From sequence record SRR2962707_4543: a stretch of 34,940 bases of DNA; one strand, written 5' to 3'. The notes beneath the pieces were generated by a model. The model searched no databases. It saw only the letters and a list, made by a program, of their open reading frames with translations, and had not been told where the DNA came from. Shown here piece after piece: positions 1-10,055 of this stretch. A program made the translations under genes and the position numbers. Position 1 is the stretch's first letter, and each line of letters opens with the position of its first letter.

Positions 1-552
1 GATGCCGCCGCCGAGACGCGCGAAGATCGAGATGAGCGAGGCACCGAAGCCGAGCGCGACCAGCGCGTCCACAACTTCGCGCGAGCCCGGCTCGTACCCG
101 AGATGAACCGTGAGCACGGCGTAGTAGACGGCAACGGCGAGAAGCGCGAGGCCCGCGACCAGCATGCCCGTTACCGCGCCCGACTTGAACGCGACGCTGA
201 GGCCGGAAGCAAGGCTGACACTCGCCGCCTGCGTTGTCCGTACGTTCGCGCGAACCGAAACCAGCATGCCGATGTAACCGGCGGCGCCCGAAAGCGTGGC
301 GCCGACGAGGAAGCCGACGGCAACCTTCAGCGTCAGCAGATACCAGACGATCGCGAAGATGACGGCGCCGACAACGGCGATGGTGGTGTACTGACGCGCG
401 AGATAGGCGCTTGCGCCTTCCTGGATCGCCGCAGCGATCTCCTGCATGCGCGCATTGCCCGCATCCATCGCCAGCACCGAGCGCACAGCCCAGATGCCGT
501 AGACGAGCGCGAGCAGCCCGCAGCCGATAATAGCCCACAAAGCAGTGCTCAT
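1..552 (-). CDS. hppA: Membrane-bound H+/Na+-translocating pyrophosphatase, N-terminal part (runs off the window edge)
   Basis: Not in the ORF track; translated manually from ATG at 552: [59 protein letters not shown]...[20 protein letters not shown]. These are characteristic M-PPase segments. RBS-like AAGGA upstream. Confidence 0.95.
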   Translation of the reverse strand, partial: MSTALWAIIGCGLLALVYGIWAVRSVLAMDAGNARMQEIAAAIQEGASAYLARQYTTIAVVGAVIFAIVWYLLTLKVAVGFLVGATLSGAAGYIGMLVSVRANVRTTQAASVSLASGLSVAFKSGAVTGMLVAGLALLAVAVYYAVLTVHLGYEPGSREVVDALVALGFGASLISIFARLGGGI

Positions 553-713
553 TGTTTTGTCCTTAGTTCCTTGACGGATTTACCGGCGGGAATTTCCACT
601 CAGCTCCCGGCGTTTTGGCGCGCCGAAAGTCCTCCCCCTGCCGAATGTAGAAATCGCGCGGAAAGATGCCAAATACGGCATGGGAAAGCAACCGGCAGAC
701 AACAAGGCGCTGG

Positions 714-1727
714 CTAAAAGTGGCGATATCCCAATTGCTTGAGGGAAATCTGCCTGCCTGACCCATCGGCTGCGGAAAGCCCTTCGCCAGCCTCCGTGAT
801 CGAGCCGATTCGGGTCATCGCAACGCCGGTTTCCGCAGCGACCGCCGCAATCTCGCCTGCACTTCCGGCCGCCGCCGTGAAGAGAATTTCGTAGTCGTCG
901 CCGCCGCCCGCGATCTTCCCGATGAGCCCGGCATCCTTCGCCAGCGCCGCCCGTGCAGGGCCGGAAAGCGGCAATAGCGCCGTTTCGATACGCCCCCCAA
1001 CGCCGGAAACCTCGCAAATATGCCCGAGATCGGCCATCAGCCCATCCGATATGTCGAGAGCGGCGTGCGCAATCCCGCGCAACTTCGGTCCCGCGTCCGT
1101 CCTCGGATCGGGTTCCCGGTAGCGCCTCGAGAGGTATTCGGCGTCTCCAGCGTTCAGGCCAGCAAGCTCGCCTTGCAGCACCATCAGCCCGAGACCGGCG
1201 TCCCCAACCGTCCCGGTGACGTATATCTCGTCGCCCGGCAGGGCCCCGCCCCGGCGGATCATCTCCCCCTCGCCGACCTCACCGATTGCCGTCAGCGACA
1301 GGGTGAGCGGCCCCGTCGTTTTCACCGTGTCGCCGCCCCAAAGGGTCACGCCGTAGCGCGGTTGGTCGCTCTCGAGACCGGCAGCAAATTTCCTGATCCA
1401 GTCGAGCGTGATGTCCTCCGGCCAGGCCGTCACCAGAAGATAGCCTTTCGGGACGGCGCCCTTGGCTGCAAGGTCGGACAGGTTCACGCGAAGGAGCTTC
1501 CGCGCGATGCTCTCGGGGGGATCGTCAGGAAGGAAATGTACGCCGGCGACCATCGCATCGACGGTGAGAACCGTTTCAAAACCCGGTGAGGGGGGGAATA
1601 GTGCAGCGTCGTCCTTGAGCGCATAGGCGCCCGACGCATTCGCCGCCAACGGCGCGAAAATACTTTCGATGATCTCGAATTCGCCCGGCCGCTTTTCGCC
1701 GCCGTCAGCCTTGTCCGGCGGCGCCAT
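714..1727 (-). CDS. thiL: Thiamine-monophosphate kinase
   Basis: GEFEII, DDAA, VHF, VNLSDLAAKGA, GGDT, DISDGL and GGDDYEILFT motifs. ATG at 1727 follows GGGAG and overlaps the nusB end by 23 nt. Confidence 0.95.
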   Translation of the reverse strand: MAPPDKADGGEKRPGEFEIIESIFAPLAANASGAYALKDDAALFPPSPGFETVLTVDAMVAGVHFLPDDPPESIARKLLRVNLSDLAAKGAVPKGYLLVTAWPEDITLDWIRKFAAGLESDQPRYGVTLWGGDTVKTTGPLTLSLTAIGEVGEGEMIRRGGALPGDEIYVTGTVGDAGLGLMVLQGELAGLNAGDAEYLSRRYREPDPRTDAGPKLRGIAHAALDISDGLMADLGHICEVSGVGGRIETALLPLSGPARAALAKDAGLIGKIAGGGDDYEILFTAAAGSAGEIAAVAAETGVAMTRIGSITEAGEGLSAADGSGRQISLKQLGYRHF

Positions 1728-2223
1728 GATCCGCTCCCGTGCCGCGCCGGATTTCGCGGCCCAGCCTGTCGAGCACAGCATTTACAACGCCGGACTCGTC
1801 GCCTTCGAAGAAGGCATGCGCGACGTCGACATATTCATTGATGATGACTTTGACCGGGATGTCCTTGCAGCGGCGAATTTCATAGGTGCCGCAGCGCAGG
1901 ATCGCACGAAGCGTTGAGTCGATCCGCGCCAGCGACCAGCCTTGCGCCAGCGCGCCGTTCACCTGCCGGTCGAGTTCGCGTTGCTCGCGCACGACGCCAC
2001 GCACGACATCTTCGAAATGCGCAGCATCGGCGGCGTTGGTTTCGACGCCTTCAATATCCCGCCCGAGCCGGTGCTCGACGAATTCCTCGATCACATCGTC
2101 GAGCGGCGTGCTCGCGACATCCATCTGGTAAAGGGCCTGCACGGCGCTGAGCCGCGCGGCAGCGCGGGCACTCGGATCAAGCCCGCCTTCGGGCGGTGCC
2201 GGTTGTGTGGGAACGGACGCCAT
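1705..2223 (-). CDS. nusB: Transcription antitermination factor NusB
   Basis: ARAAARLSAVQALYQMD, WSLARID..LRAILR, VIINEYVDVAHAFF, VNAVLD; ribH-nusB-thiL synteny. Confidence 0.96.
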   Translation of the reverse strand: MASVPTQPAPPEGGLDPSARAAARLSAVQALYQMDVASTPLDDVIEEFVEHRLGRDIEGVETNAADAAHFEDVVRGVVREQRELDRQVNGALAQGWSLARIDSTLRAILRCGTYEIRRCKDIPVKVIINEYVDVAHAFFEGDESGVVNAVLDRLGREIRRGTGADHGAAGQG

Positions 2224-2247
2224 TTTACTCGCAAGACTCCGCTCTGT

Positions 2248-2709
2248 TCACGATGCGCCGAACTTGCGCTTCAATTCGATCATGTCGAGGCACGCATTGG
2301 CCGCGCCCCCACCCTTGTTCTTCTCGCCGGTCTTCGCGCGCGCCCACGCCTGCGCTTCATTCTCGACCGTCTGAATGCCATTACCGAGCGCCAGCGAGCG
2401 GTCCACCGCAAGGTCCATCAGTGCGCGTGCGGATTCGTTCGAGACGATATCGTAATGGGTCGTCTCGCCGCGGATGACGCAGCCAAGCGTCACGAAGCCG
2501 TCGATGGCCTTGGTGAAGCCGCCATGCGCCATCGCATCGAGCGCATACTTGATCGCGGCCGGAAGCTCCAGCACACCCGGCACCGACACGCGTTGCCATG
2601 TCGCGCCGCGCGCTTCGATGGCTTCGATTGCGCCCTTCGCAAGCTCGTCCGCCAGCTCCTCGTAGAAACGTGCTTCCACGATGAGAATGTGTGCCTGGGT
2701 CGTCGTCAC
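2248..2709 (-). CDS. ribH: 6,7-dimethyl-8-ribityllumazine synthase
   Basis: IVEARFY, VPGVLELP, LGCVIRGETTHY, NKGG; GTG start overlaps the upstream TGA. Confidence 0.96.
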   Translation of the reverse strand: MTTTQAHILIVEARFYEELADELAKGAIEAIEARGATWQRVSVPGVLELPAAIKYALDAMAHGGFTKAIDGFVTLGCVIRGETTHYDIVSNESARALMDLAVDRSLALGNGIQTVENEAQAWARAKTGEKNKGGGAANACLDMIELKRKFGAS

Positions 2710-3863
2710 GAAGTTGTCTCCTTGCTGCGCGATTTCGCGCCCCCGGCCGCCTTCGACAACGGCCGCTGGCTGACGACGCGCAACCCGTATCCTTCCAGAC
2801 CGACAATGCTGCGGTCGGTATCGGACAGCAGCACCATGTCATGGATGCCGAGGTCGAGCAAAATCTGCGCACCCACACCGTATTCGCGCAAGCGCCGCGG
2901 CATGCCCTGCTCGCCGCCCTCGCCCTTGCGCAGCAGCATGTCCGACACAACCGTCGCCGTCGTATCGCGGATAAGCACGATCACACCGCGCCCCTCCTCG
3001 GCAATGATCCGCATCGAGTCCTTGAGCACATCGGAGCGCGGCCCCGTCGCTCCCAGAATATCGTCGAAGACATTGATCGCATGCACACGCACGAGAACCG
3101 GCTCCGGCCCCGAAATGTCGCCCTTCACCAGCGTGATATGCTCGGCATATTCAACGGTGTTGAGATACACCATCATCTTGAACTCGCCGCCATACTCGCT
3201 GTCGAGCTCGGTTTCGATGGCGCGATGGATGAAGTTGTCATACCGGCGGCGGTAGGCGATGAGATCGGCAATGGTCGCGATCTTGAGCCCGTGAAGCTGC
3301 GCGAACTGCACGAGGTCGGGAAGCCGCGCCATCGTGCCGTCGTCGTTCATGATCTCGCAGATCACGCCTGCGGGATAGAGCCCCGCGAGCCGCGCGATAT
3401 CGACGGCGGATTCCGTATGACCCGCCCGCACCAACACACCGCCGTCGCGCGCAACGAGCGGAAACACATGGCCCGGCGAAACGATATCGGTCGATCCCTT
3501 GGTCGGGTCGATGGCGACGGACACCGTGTGCGCGCGGTCATGCGCGGAGATGCCGGTCGAGATGCCTTCGCGCGCCTCGATTGAAACCGTGAATGCCGTC
3601 TGGTGCCGCGACTGGTTGGTCGAGGACATGAGTTGCAGGTTGAGCTGCTTCGCACGGTCGTTCGTCAGCGTCAGACAGATCAGGCCGCGCCCGTACTTCG
3701 CCATGAAGTTCACGGCTTCGGGCGTGCACATCTGCGCGGGGATCACGAGGTCGCCCTCGTTTTCGCGGTCTTCCGCGTCCACGAGAATGAACATCTTGCC
3801 GTTGCGGGCATCTTCGATGACGTCCTCGATCGGGGAGAGATATTCCTTGTACACAGGTCTCAA
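2706..3863 (-). CDS. ribB: 3,4-dihydroxy-2-butanone-4-phosphate synthase fused to a degenerate GTP cyclohydrolase II-like domain (RibBX type)
   Basis: DAEDRENEGDL, TAFTVSIEA, GISAHDR, PGHVFPL, RAGHTE and CEIMNDDG motifs. The C-terminal domain lacks the Zn-binding cysteines. Start is TTG 3863 or GTG 3854. Confidence 0.93.
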   Translation of the reverse strand: MRPVYKEYLSPIEDVIEDARNGKMFILVDAEDRENEGDLVIPAQMCTPEAVNFMAKYGRGLICLTLTNDRAKQLNLQLMSSTNQSRHQTAFTVSIEAREGISTGISAHDRAHTVSVAIDPTKGSTDIVSPGHVFPLVARDGGVLVRAGHTESAVDIARLAGLYPAGVICEIMNDDGTMARLPDLVQFAQLHGLKIATIADLIAYRRRYDNFIHRAIETELDSEYGGEFKMMVYLNTVEYAEHITLVKGDISGPEPVLVRVHAINVFDDILGATGPRSDVLKDSMRIIAEEGRGVIVLIRDTTATVVSDMLLRKGEGGEQGMPRRLREYGVGAQILLDLGIHDMVLLSDTDRSIVGLEGYGLRVVSQRPLSKAAGGAKSRSKETTS

Positions 3864-4483
3864 TCCTTCTGAACCAGCCGCGCCACATACCGGGCCAGCA
3901 TGTCGATTTCAAGATTAATAGGATCGCCGGCTTTCGCCATCCCCCAGGTCGTCACCGCCTGGGTATGCGGAATGATGTTGATACCGAAGCGGGTTCCGCC
4001 AGCATTTCCGCCGGGTTTCGGGTCGTCAACCTCGTTCACGGTGAGCGAAGTCCCGTTCAGCGTCACCGATCCCTTGGGCGCAATGAAACGGCCAAGCCCC
4101 TCCGGCGCCTCGAAAGTGAAGCGGAGCGAGTCTCCCTCGGGCCGGATGTCGACGATGCGGCCGACGCCGTCCACATGGCCGCTCACGACATGGCCGCCAA
4201 GCTCGTCGCCCGCCTTGAGCGCACGCTCGAGATTGATCTTCGTGCCCTCTTTCCACGTCCCGAGCGTCGTGCAGTCGAGCGACTCCTGAGATACGTCGAC
4301 TGCGAACCAGTCGCCGCCATCCTTGCCCTTCTCGACGACCGTCAGGCAGCACCCGGCGCACGCGATGGAGGCACCGATATCGATGCCGTCGGCGTCATAA
4401 GCCGTGGCGATGGTGAAGCGCGTGTCGCCGCGCTTCTCGATGGCGCGGATATGTCCGACATCCGTGATGATTCCGGTGAACAT
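3860..4483 (-). CDS. ribE: Riboflavin synthase (alpha chain)
   Basis: MFTGII start, GASIACAGCCLTV, NLERAL, GGHVVSGHVDG, KGSVTLNGTSLTVN, NLEIDMLARY. Confidence 0.96.
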   Translation of the reverse strand: MFTGIITDVGHIRAIEKRGDTRFTIATAYDADGIDIGASIACAGCCLTVVEKGKDGGDWFAVDVSQESLDCTTLGTWKEGTKINLERALKAGDELGGHVVSGHVDGVGRIVDIRPEGDSLRFTFEAPEGLGRFIAPKGSVTLNGTSLTVNEVDDPKPGGNAGGTRFGINIIPHTQAVTTWGMAKAGDPINLEIDMLARYVARLVQKD

Positions 4484-4486
4484 GGG

Positions 4487-5602
4487 TCAGATACCCCGCA
4501 CATAGCTTGCGAGCGAGTCTTCTCCGAGACGCGCAACCTCTCGAAGCACGAAAGAAGGCGCAACCTCGAGATGCTTCACGCCGAGACCCGCAATCGCCGG
4601 ATAGCCGTCGCCGCCGATGAGCTTTGCCGCCTGAAACCATTCGATGCGGTCGACAAGCCTGTCACGCATCAGCGATGCCGCCAGCCGCGCGCCGCCCTCC
4701 ACCAGAAGCCGGGTCACGCCCTTCCTCGCCAGTGTGCCGAGCGCCGCACGCATGTCCATGACGCCACCCTCGCCAGGCGCAACACCGATAAGCACTGCAC
4801 CGCAATCCTCGAACGCCCTGCGCCGGTTCGCATCGCCGCCGGGTAGCGTCAGCAGCCAGAGCGGCACCTTGCGGGCGTCGCGCACAAGCTTCGACGTGAG
4901 CGGCAACCGCAGCCGTCCATCGGCAACAATGCGGATCGGCGAACGCTCGCCCAGCCCCGGCAGACGGCAGGTGAGTTCAGGATCGTCCACGATCGCCGTC
5001 GCGCTCCCGGCCATGATCGCATCATGCGTCGCCCGGAGCAGGTGCCCGCGCGCCCTCGATGCCTCGCCGGTAATCCACTGGCTGTGGCCATCATGCGTCG
5101 CCGTCCGCCCATCGAGCGAACTCGCGATCTTCAGCGTCACGAGCGGCCGGTTCTCCGACATCGTGAGAAAGAACCCTGCATTGAGCTGGCGGGCCTCTGC
5201 CGCGCAAACATTCTCGACCACCTCGACGCCCTTCGCCTGCAGCATCGCGAAGCCACGTCCCGCAACTTCCGGGTTCGGGTCCGCCACCGCTCCGACGACA
5301 CGCGCGATCCCCGCCCCGATCAGCGCCTCGGCGCAGGGTCCTGTCTTGCCGTGATGGGCGCAGGGCTCAAGGCTCACATAGGCCGTCGCGCCTTTCGCCA
5401 GCGCGCCGGCGCGGCGAAGCGCTTCCGTCTCCGCATGCGGCCGCCCGCCCGGCTGCGTCCAACCCCGCCCGACAACGACAGGCCCGTCCGCTTCCTCGCG
5501 CACGATGATGCAGCCGACTGCCGGGTTAGGCGCAACGCGGCCAAGGCCGCGCGCAGCAAGCGTCAGCGCCGTCTTCATGAAATGGATGTCGTATGGCCGC
5601 AT
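4487..5602 (-). CDS. ribD: Bifunctional diaminohydroxyphosphoribosylaminopyrimidine deaminase / reductase
   Basis: PNPAVGC, HAE, LEPCAHHGKTGPC (Zn deaminase), SLDGR, LLVEGG. ATG 5602 chosen because AGGA lies 6 nt upstream; the ORF track starts at TTG 5608. Confidence 0.96.
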   Translation of the reverse strand: MRPYDIHFMKTALTLAARGLGRVAPNPAVGCIIVREEADGPVVVGRGWTQPGGRPHAETEALRRAGALAKGATAYVSLEPCAHHGKTGPCAEALIGAGIARVVGAVADPNPEVAGRGFAMLQAKGVEVVENVCAAEARQLNAGFFLTMSENRPLVTLKIASSLDGRTATHDGHSQWITGEASRARGHLLRATHDAIMAGSATAIVDDPELTCRLPGLGERSPIRIVADGRLRLPLTSKLVRDARKVPLWLLTLPGGDANRRRAFEDCGAVLIGVAPGEGGVMDMRAALGTLARKGVTRLLVEGGARLAASLMRDRLVDRIEWFQAAKLIGGDGYPAIAGLGVKHLEVAPSFVLREVARLGEDSLASYVRGI

Positions 5603-5645
5603 TCTCAATCCTGTCGCGGGGCCCGCAACAGGGCGGCCCGGTCAC

Positions 5646-6137
5646 CTAGCGGTCTTCTTCGTCTTCGTCCCGCAAAGGGCCACCGAGCGGCCCGCTAAGT
5701 TCACCCAGAAACTCCTCGAAATCCTTCGCCTCGCGGAAATTCCGGTAGACCGATGCGAAACGCACATAGGCGACCGCATCGAGGGAACTCAAGCCTTCCA
5801 TGACCAGCTTGCCGACCATGCTGGAAGGGATTTCGCTCTCCCCCATGCTCTCGAGCCGCCTGACGATGCCGCTCACCATACGCTCGACACGCTCCTGCTC
5901 AACAGGGCGTTTCCGCATCGCGATTTGCACGGAACGCATGAGTTTGTCGCGGTCGAAGGGCACCCGCCGGCCGGTCGATTTGATGATCGTCAGCTCACGG
6001 AGCTGAACCCGCTCGAACGTCGTGAACCGGCCGCCGCAAGCTGCGCAGAAGCGCCGCCTACGGATCGCCGTGTTGTCTTCCGTCGGACGCGAGTCCTTCA
6101 CCTGTGTGTCGTCGTTACCGCAATATGGACAACGCAT
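5646..6137 (-). CDS. nrdR: Transcriptional repressor NrdR
   Basis: MRCPYC...DSR...[18 protein letters not shown] zinc ribbon, ATP cone, [10 protein letters not shown]. Confidence 0.97.
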   Translation of the reverse strand: MRCPYCGNDDTQVKDSRPTEDNTAIRRRRFCAACGGRFTTFERVQLRELTIIKSTGRRVPFDRDKLMRSVQIAMRKRPVEQERVERMVSGIVRRLESMGESEIPSSMVGKLVMEGLSSLDAVAYVRFASVYRNFREAKDFEEFLGELSGPLGGPLRDEDEEDR

Positions 6138-6177
6138 GCGCTGTCAGCCCCCTCACTAGTCGATCCGGTCCGCAGGA

Positions 6178-7494
6178 TTACTTCGGTCCGCCGTAAATCG
6201 GAAAACGCCGGCACAGCTCTACCACCCGGCCGCGCACATCCGCCTCCACATCCGCATTCTTATCGTCGCCGTTCCGCGCCAGCCCGTCCAGAACTTCGGT
6301 GATGAGCTTGCCCACCTGCGCGAACTCCGCAACGCCAAAGCCGCGCGTCGTGCCCGCAGGCGTACCGAGACGCACGCCCGAAGTCACCATCGGCTTCTCG
6401 GGGTCGAAGGGAATGCCGTTCTTGTTGCAGGTGATATGCGCGCGTTCGAGCGCCGCTTCCGCCACCTTGCCGGTCAGGCTCTTCGGCCGCAGATCGACAA
6501 GCATCAAATGCGTATCCGTGCCGCCCGACACGATGGCAAGGCCGGAGTCCGCGAGCGTCGAGGCGAGCGCGCGTGCATTGTCCACGACGGACTTTACATA
6601 GGCTTTGAAATCGGGACGCAGCGCTTCGCCGAAGGCGACCGCCTTGCCCGCGATCACATGCATCAACGGGCCGCCCTGGATGCCGGGAAAGATCGCCGAA
6701 TTGATCTTCTTGCCGATATCCTCGTTGTTCGAAAGGATCATGCCGCCGCGCGGTCCGCGCAGCGTCTTGTGTGTCGTCGTCGTGACCACGTCTGCATGAG
6801 GCAACGGGCTCGGATGAGCGCCACCCGCGACCAGACCGGCGAAATGCGCCATGTCCACCATGAAGAGCGCGCCGACGCTATCCGCCACCTCGCGAAACGC
6901 CTTGAAATCGATGACGCGGGGATAGGCCGAGCCGCCCGCTATGATCATCTTCGGCTTGTGCTGTTTGGCGAGGCTCGCGACCTCGTCCATGTCGATCAGG
7001 TGGTCCTGCTGGCGCACGCCATACTGGACCGCGTTGAACCATTTGCCGGACTGGTTGGGAGCTGCGCCATGCGTCAGGTGCCCGCCCGCAGCAAGGCTCA
7101 TGCCCATGATCGTGTCGCCCGGCTTCAGCAGCGCCATCATCACGCCCTGGTTCGCCTGCGACCCCGAATTGGGCTGCACATTGGCGTAGGAGCAGTCGAA
7201 GAGCTTCTTCGCCCGCTCGATCGCCAGGTTTTCCGCGATATCCACAAACTCGCAGCCACCGTAATAGCGCTTGCCCGGATAGCCCTCTGCATACTTGTTC
7301 GTCATGATCGAGCCCTGCGCCTCGAGTACGGCGCGGGAAACGATGTTTTCGGAGGCGATCAGTTCAATCTCGTTCTGCTGGCGACCGAGTTCCTTCTCGA
7401 TGGCGTCCAGCACGTCGGGATCGCTGTCCGCCAGTCCGTCCGTGAAAAAACCGGCGAAGGAGCCTCGTCCGGCAGCGGCGTCGCTTAAAGACAT
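6178..7494 (-). CDS. glyA: Serine hydroxymethyltransferase
   Basis: [43 protein letters not shown] (PLP lysine). Confidence 0.98.
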   Translation of the reverse strand: MSLSDAAAGRGSFAGFFTDGLADSDPDVLDAIEKELGRQQNEIELIASENIVSRAVLEAQGSIMTNKYAEGYPGKRYYGGCEFVDIAENLAIERAKKLFDCSYANVQPNSGSQANQGVMMALLKPGDTIMGMSLAAGGHLTHGAAPNQSGKWFNAVQYGVRQQDHLIDMDEVASLAKQHKPKMIIAGGSAYPRVIDFKAFREVADSVGALFMVDMAHFAGLVAGGAHPSPLPHADVVTTTTHKTLRGPRGGMILSNNEDIGKKINSAIFPGIQGGPLMHVIAGKAVAFGEALRPDFKAYVKSVVDNARALASTLADSGLAIVSGGTDTHLMLVDLRPKSLTGKVAEAALERAHITCNKNGIPFDPEKPMVTSGVRLGTPAGTTRGFGVAEFAQVGKLITEVLDGLARNGDDKNADVEADVRGRVVELCRRFPIYGGPK

Positions 7495-7729
7495 AAACCT
7501 ACCTTTTCATTTCAATTCGAATGCTTCCGGGGCCGCGAACCGGCTACGTCGCGACGCTCTGCGCGCGCCATGGCCGTCATGCACGGCCGCCCGGTTTTCG
7601 ACCGGCGTGATACCACATCTCGTCTGGCATCGCCAATTCGCCACAAACCTTCGGATATTCTTCGCCTTTTCCCTGCTCCCGGCGTGTGGGTTGTATTCAA
7701 GGCTCCAGAGCCGTTTCGCCCGAACCGGT

Positions 7730-7910
7730 CCAATTAATGTTGTGTGAGTTTAGTGTAAGATAGACTAGAAATGGCCAGTTTACTTGGATCTCTAAGTTGA
7801 TTCTCTATTAACCAATACTAAGATTCAATGGTTCACCTTAATTGCTCTAGGTTTAGACATATCTCGACCAAGAAGATAATCTTCAGACCCTTGATAAGAA
7901 GAGCAAAATC
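7730..7910. promoter_or_regulatory. AT-rich divergent promoter region between glyA and mucR
   Basis: Sharp local drop in GC with many TA steps, TTAA at 7808 and 7838, and GANTC at 7799 and 7822. Confidence 0.55.
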
Positions 7911-7979
7911 GCGCTAGAAGATCGCACCAATTCAGCCCCGCCCCCGGCGGCACCCCCTGGAGCAAGGCAAGTCGTCGTA

Positions 7980-8426
7980 ATGAATGAGATCAAATCTTCC
8001 GTTTCTGCAGAAACGACAGAAATATTACGTCTGACGACTGAAATCGTCGCAGCCTATGTCAGCAACAACGCAATTGCGGCGAACGATCTGCCGGGAATGA
8101 TCCGAACTGTTCACACGACACTTTCAGGACTGGACCAGAGCGCCGGTGCCGCCGACGTTGAACTGACCCCCGCCGTACCGATCAAGAAGTCCGTGACCTC
8201 CGACTACATCATCTGCCTCGAAGACGGCAAGAAGCTCAAGATGCTGAAGCGTTACCTGCGCTCGCAATACGGGCTTACGCCGGAGGAATACCGCGCCCGC
8301 TGGGGCCTGCCCCATGACTACCCCATGGTGGCGCCGAACTACGCGGCACAGCGCTCCAAGCTCGCCAAACAGATCGGTCTCGGCCGCGCCGGCACCGCTC
8401 CCGCCCGCGGACGCCGCAAAAAATAA
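7980..8426 (+). CDS. mucR: MucR/Ros family transcriptional regulator (nucleoid-associated silencer)
   Basis: LTTEIVAAYVSNN, PAVPIKKSVT.DYIICLEDGKK.K.LKR.L, YRARWGLP.DYPMVAPNYA..RS.LAK.IGLG. Confidence 0.95.
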   Translation: MNEIKSSVSAETTEILRLTTEIVAAYVSNNAIAANDLPGMIRTVHTTLSGLDQSAGAADVELTPAVPIKKSVTSDYIICLEDGKKLKMLKRYLRSQYGLTPEEYRARWGLPHDYPMVAPNYAAQRSKLAKQIGLGRAGTAPARGRRKK

Positions 8427-8442
8427 TCAAGAAATAATCCCG

Positions 8443-8724
8443 TCAGACGACGATCCCGCCACCCTTGTCGCTTTCGGGGCCCGGTTCGTCCTTTTCGCCG
8501 CCGGTTTCCCGCCGCGCGAGCATGTATCGGAGTTTGTTGGCGGCCACGCGCTCGAGCTCAGAGCGGGCGGCAGTCGACGGCCCGACCACCGACACTTCCA
8601 GCGCCGTTTCGACGTCGATCGCCGTTACCTTGACGCTGATGCCGACGGGGAAATATTCGAAAATGACTTCGCGGCCCCTGGCGCTTCCGCCGGGGCTGCC
8701 CTTTTTAGGCGCGTCAGGCGGCAC
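8443..8724 (-). CDS. Small conserved alphaproteobacterial hypothetical protein (DUF6898-like)
   Basis: REVIFE...[18 protein letters not shown]....SEL...A..KLRY pattern recalled from this family; overlaps the hemA stop by 11 nt. Confidence 0.65.
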   Translation of the reverse strand: MPPDAPKKGSPGGSARGREVIFEYFPVGISVKVTAIDVETALEVSVVGPSTAARSELERVAANKLRYMLARRETGGEKDEPGPESDKGGGIVV

Positions 8725-9925
8725 GCCGGATTTTGCGGCGCGTCCAGACCTGGTCGAGCGCCGCCACCAGGTCGCGCATCATCTCGTCCGTATGAACCGG
8801 GCAAGGCGTGAAGCGCAAGCGTTCCGTACCCCGCGGAACGGTCGGGTAATTGATCGGCTGAACATAGATGTCGTAATCGGCCAGCAACTCATCGCTGACC
8901 AGCTTGCAGACGACCGGATCGCCCACCATCACCGGCACGATATGGCTCTCGCACCACATCACCGGCAGCCCTGCATCCGCCATCATCTGGCGAAGCGTTG
9001 TCGCTCGTTCCTGATGCCGCTCGCGCTCGGCGCTGCTCGCCTTGAGATGTTTCACCGCCGCCAGCACGCCCGCAACGAGCACGGGCGCAAGCGACGTCGA
9101 GAAAATGAAACCGGGCGCATAGGAGCGCACCACGTCCACCAGGTCGGCGGACGCGGCGATGTAGCCGCCCATCACGCCGAAGCCCTTGGCAAGCGTCCCT
9201 TCGATGATATCGACCTTGTCGAGAATGCCGTCGCGCTCCGCGATCCCGCCGCCGCGCGGCCCGTACAGGCCGACCGCATGCACCTCGTCGAGATAGGTCA
9301 GCGCGCCATATTTCCGCGCGAGATCGCAAATCGCTTCAATCGGCGCGATGTCGCCATCCATGGAATAGACGGATTCGAAAGCGACGACCTTCGGCTGCTC
9401 GGGATCGATCTCGCTCAGCAATTCTTCGAGATGCGCAAGATCGTTGTGGCGCCACAGCCGCTTCGGCCCGCGCCCGCGCTTGATGCCTTCGATCATCGAG
9501 GCATGGTTCATCTCGTCCGAGATGATCACGCAGTCGCCGAGAATCCGCGCCAGGGTCGAAAGCGTCGCGTCGTTCGCCGCGTAGCCGGAGGTGAAGAGCA
9601 GCGCCGCTTCCTTGCCGTGAAGATCGGCAAGCTCGCGCTCGAGTTCGACATGGTAATGCGTGGTGCCGGAAATGTTGCGCGTGCCGCCCGAGCCCGCGCC
9701 AACTTCGTCGATGGCCCGGTGCATGGCTTCCACGACGGCCGGATGCTGCCCCATGCCGAGATAGTCGTTGGAGCACCAGACGACGATGTCCTTCGTGCCG
9801 TTGGGCGTGTGGAACGTCGCACGGGGAAACGATCCGCGATGGCGCACGATGTCGGCGAAGACGCGGTAGCGTCCCTCGTCCTTTACCGCGCGAAGCGCTT
9901 CGTTGAGTTTCCGCTCGTAATCCAT
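8714..9925 (-). CDS. hemA: 5-aminolevulinate synthase
   Basis: MDY...[58 protein letters not shown] 9925 follows AGGA. Confidence 0.97.
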   Translation of the reverse strand: MDYERKLNEALRAVKDEGRYRVFADIVRHRGSFPRATFHTPNGTKDIVVWCSNDYLGMGQHPAVVEAMHRAIDEVGAGSGGTRNISGTTHYHVELERELADLHGKEAALLFTSGYAANDATLSTLARILGDCVIISDEMNHASMIEGIKRGRGPKRLWRHNDLAHLEELLSEIDPEQPKVVAFESVYSMDGDIAPIEAICDLARKYGALTYLDEVHAVGLYGPRGGGIAERDGILDKVDIIEGTLAKGFGVMGGYIAASADLVDVVRSYAPGFIFSTSLAPVLVAGVLAAVKHLKASSAERERHQERATTLRQMMADAGLPVMWCESHIVPVMVGDPVVCKLVSDELLADYDIYVQPINYPTVPRGTERLRFTPCPVHTDEMMRDLVAALDQVWTRRKIRRAA

Positions 9926-9973
9926 GGCATTCCTGTCCCGGAGCCGTCCTCTCGGCGGCACTCTTGCTCCCAT

Positions 9974-9990
9974 TAATCTAGCACAGATTA
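9974..9990. promoter_or_regulatory. Perfect 6-5-6 inverted repeat TAATCT-N5-AGATTA upstream of hemA (candidate operator)
   Basis: Directly visible AT-rich palindrome about 50 bp upstream of the hemA start. Confidence 0.4.
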
Positions 9991-10055
9991 GCCCTCAGCC
10001 GCAGCCCGGCCAGCCGCGAATTGTCGCAGAAAAGACATGGGATTGCAGGCCGTGC

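Noticed and set aside
103-717. 204-aa plus-strand ORF at the window start
   Set aside because: Antisense shadow of hppA, which the ORF track missed because it runs off the edge.
7495-7740. Possible riboswitch or small ORF (7512-7733) upstream of glyA
   Set aside because: I could not recognise ZTP, glycine, THF or FMN aptamer consensus, and the ORF has no family features. An Rfam/Infernal scan would settle it.
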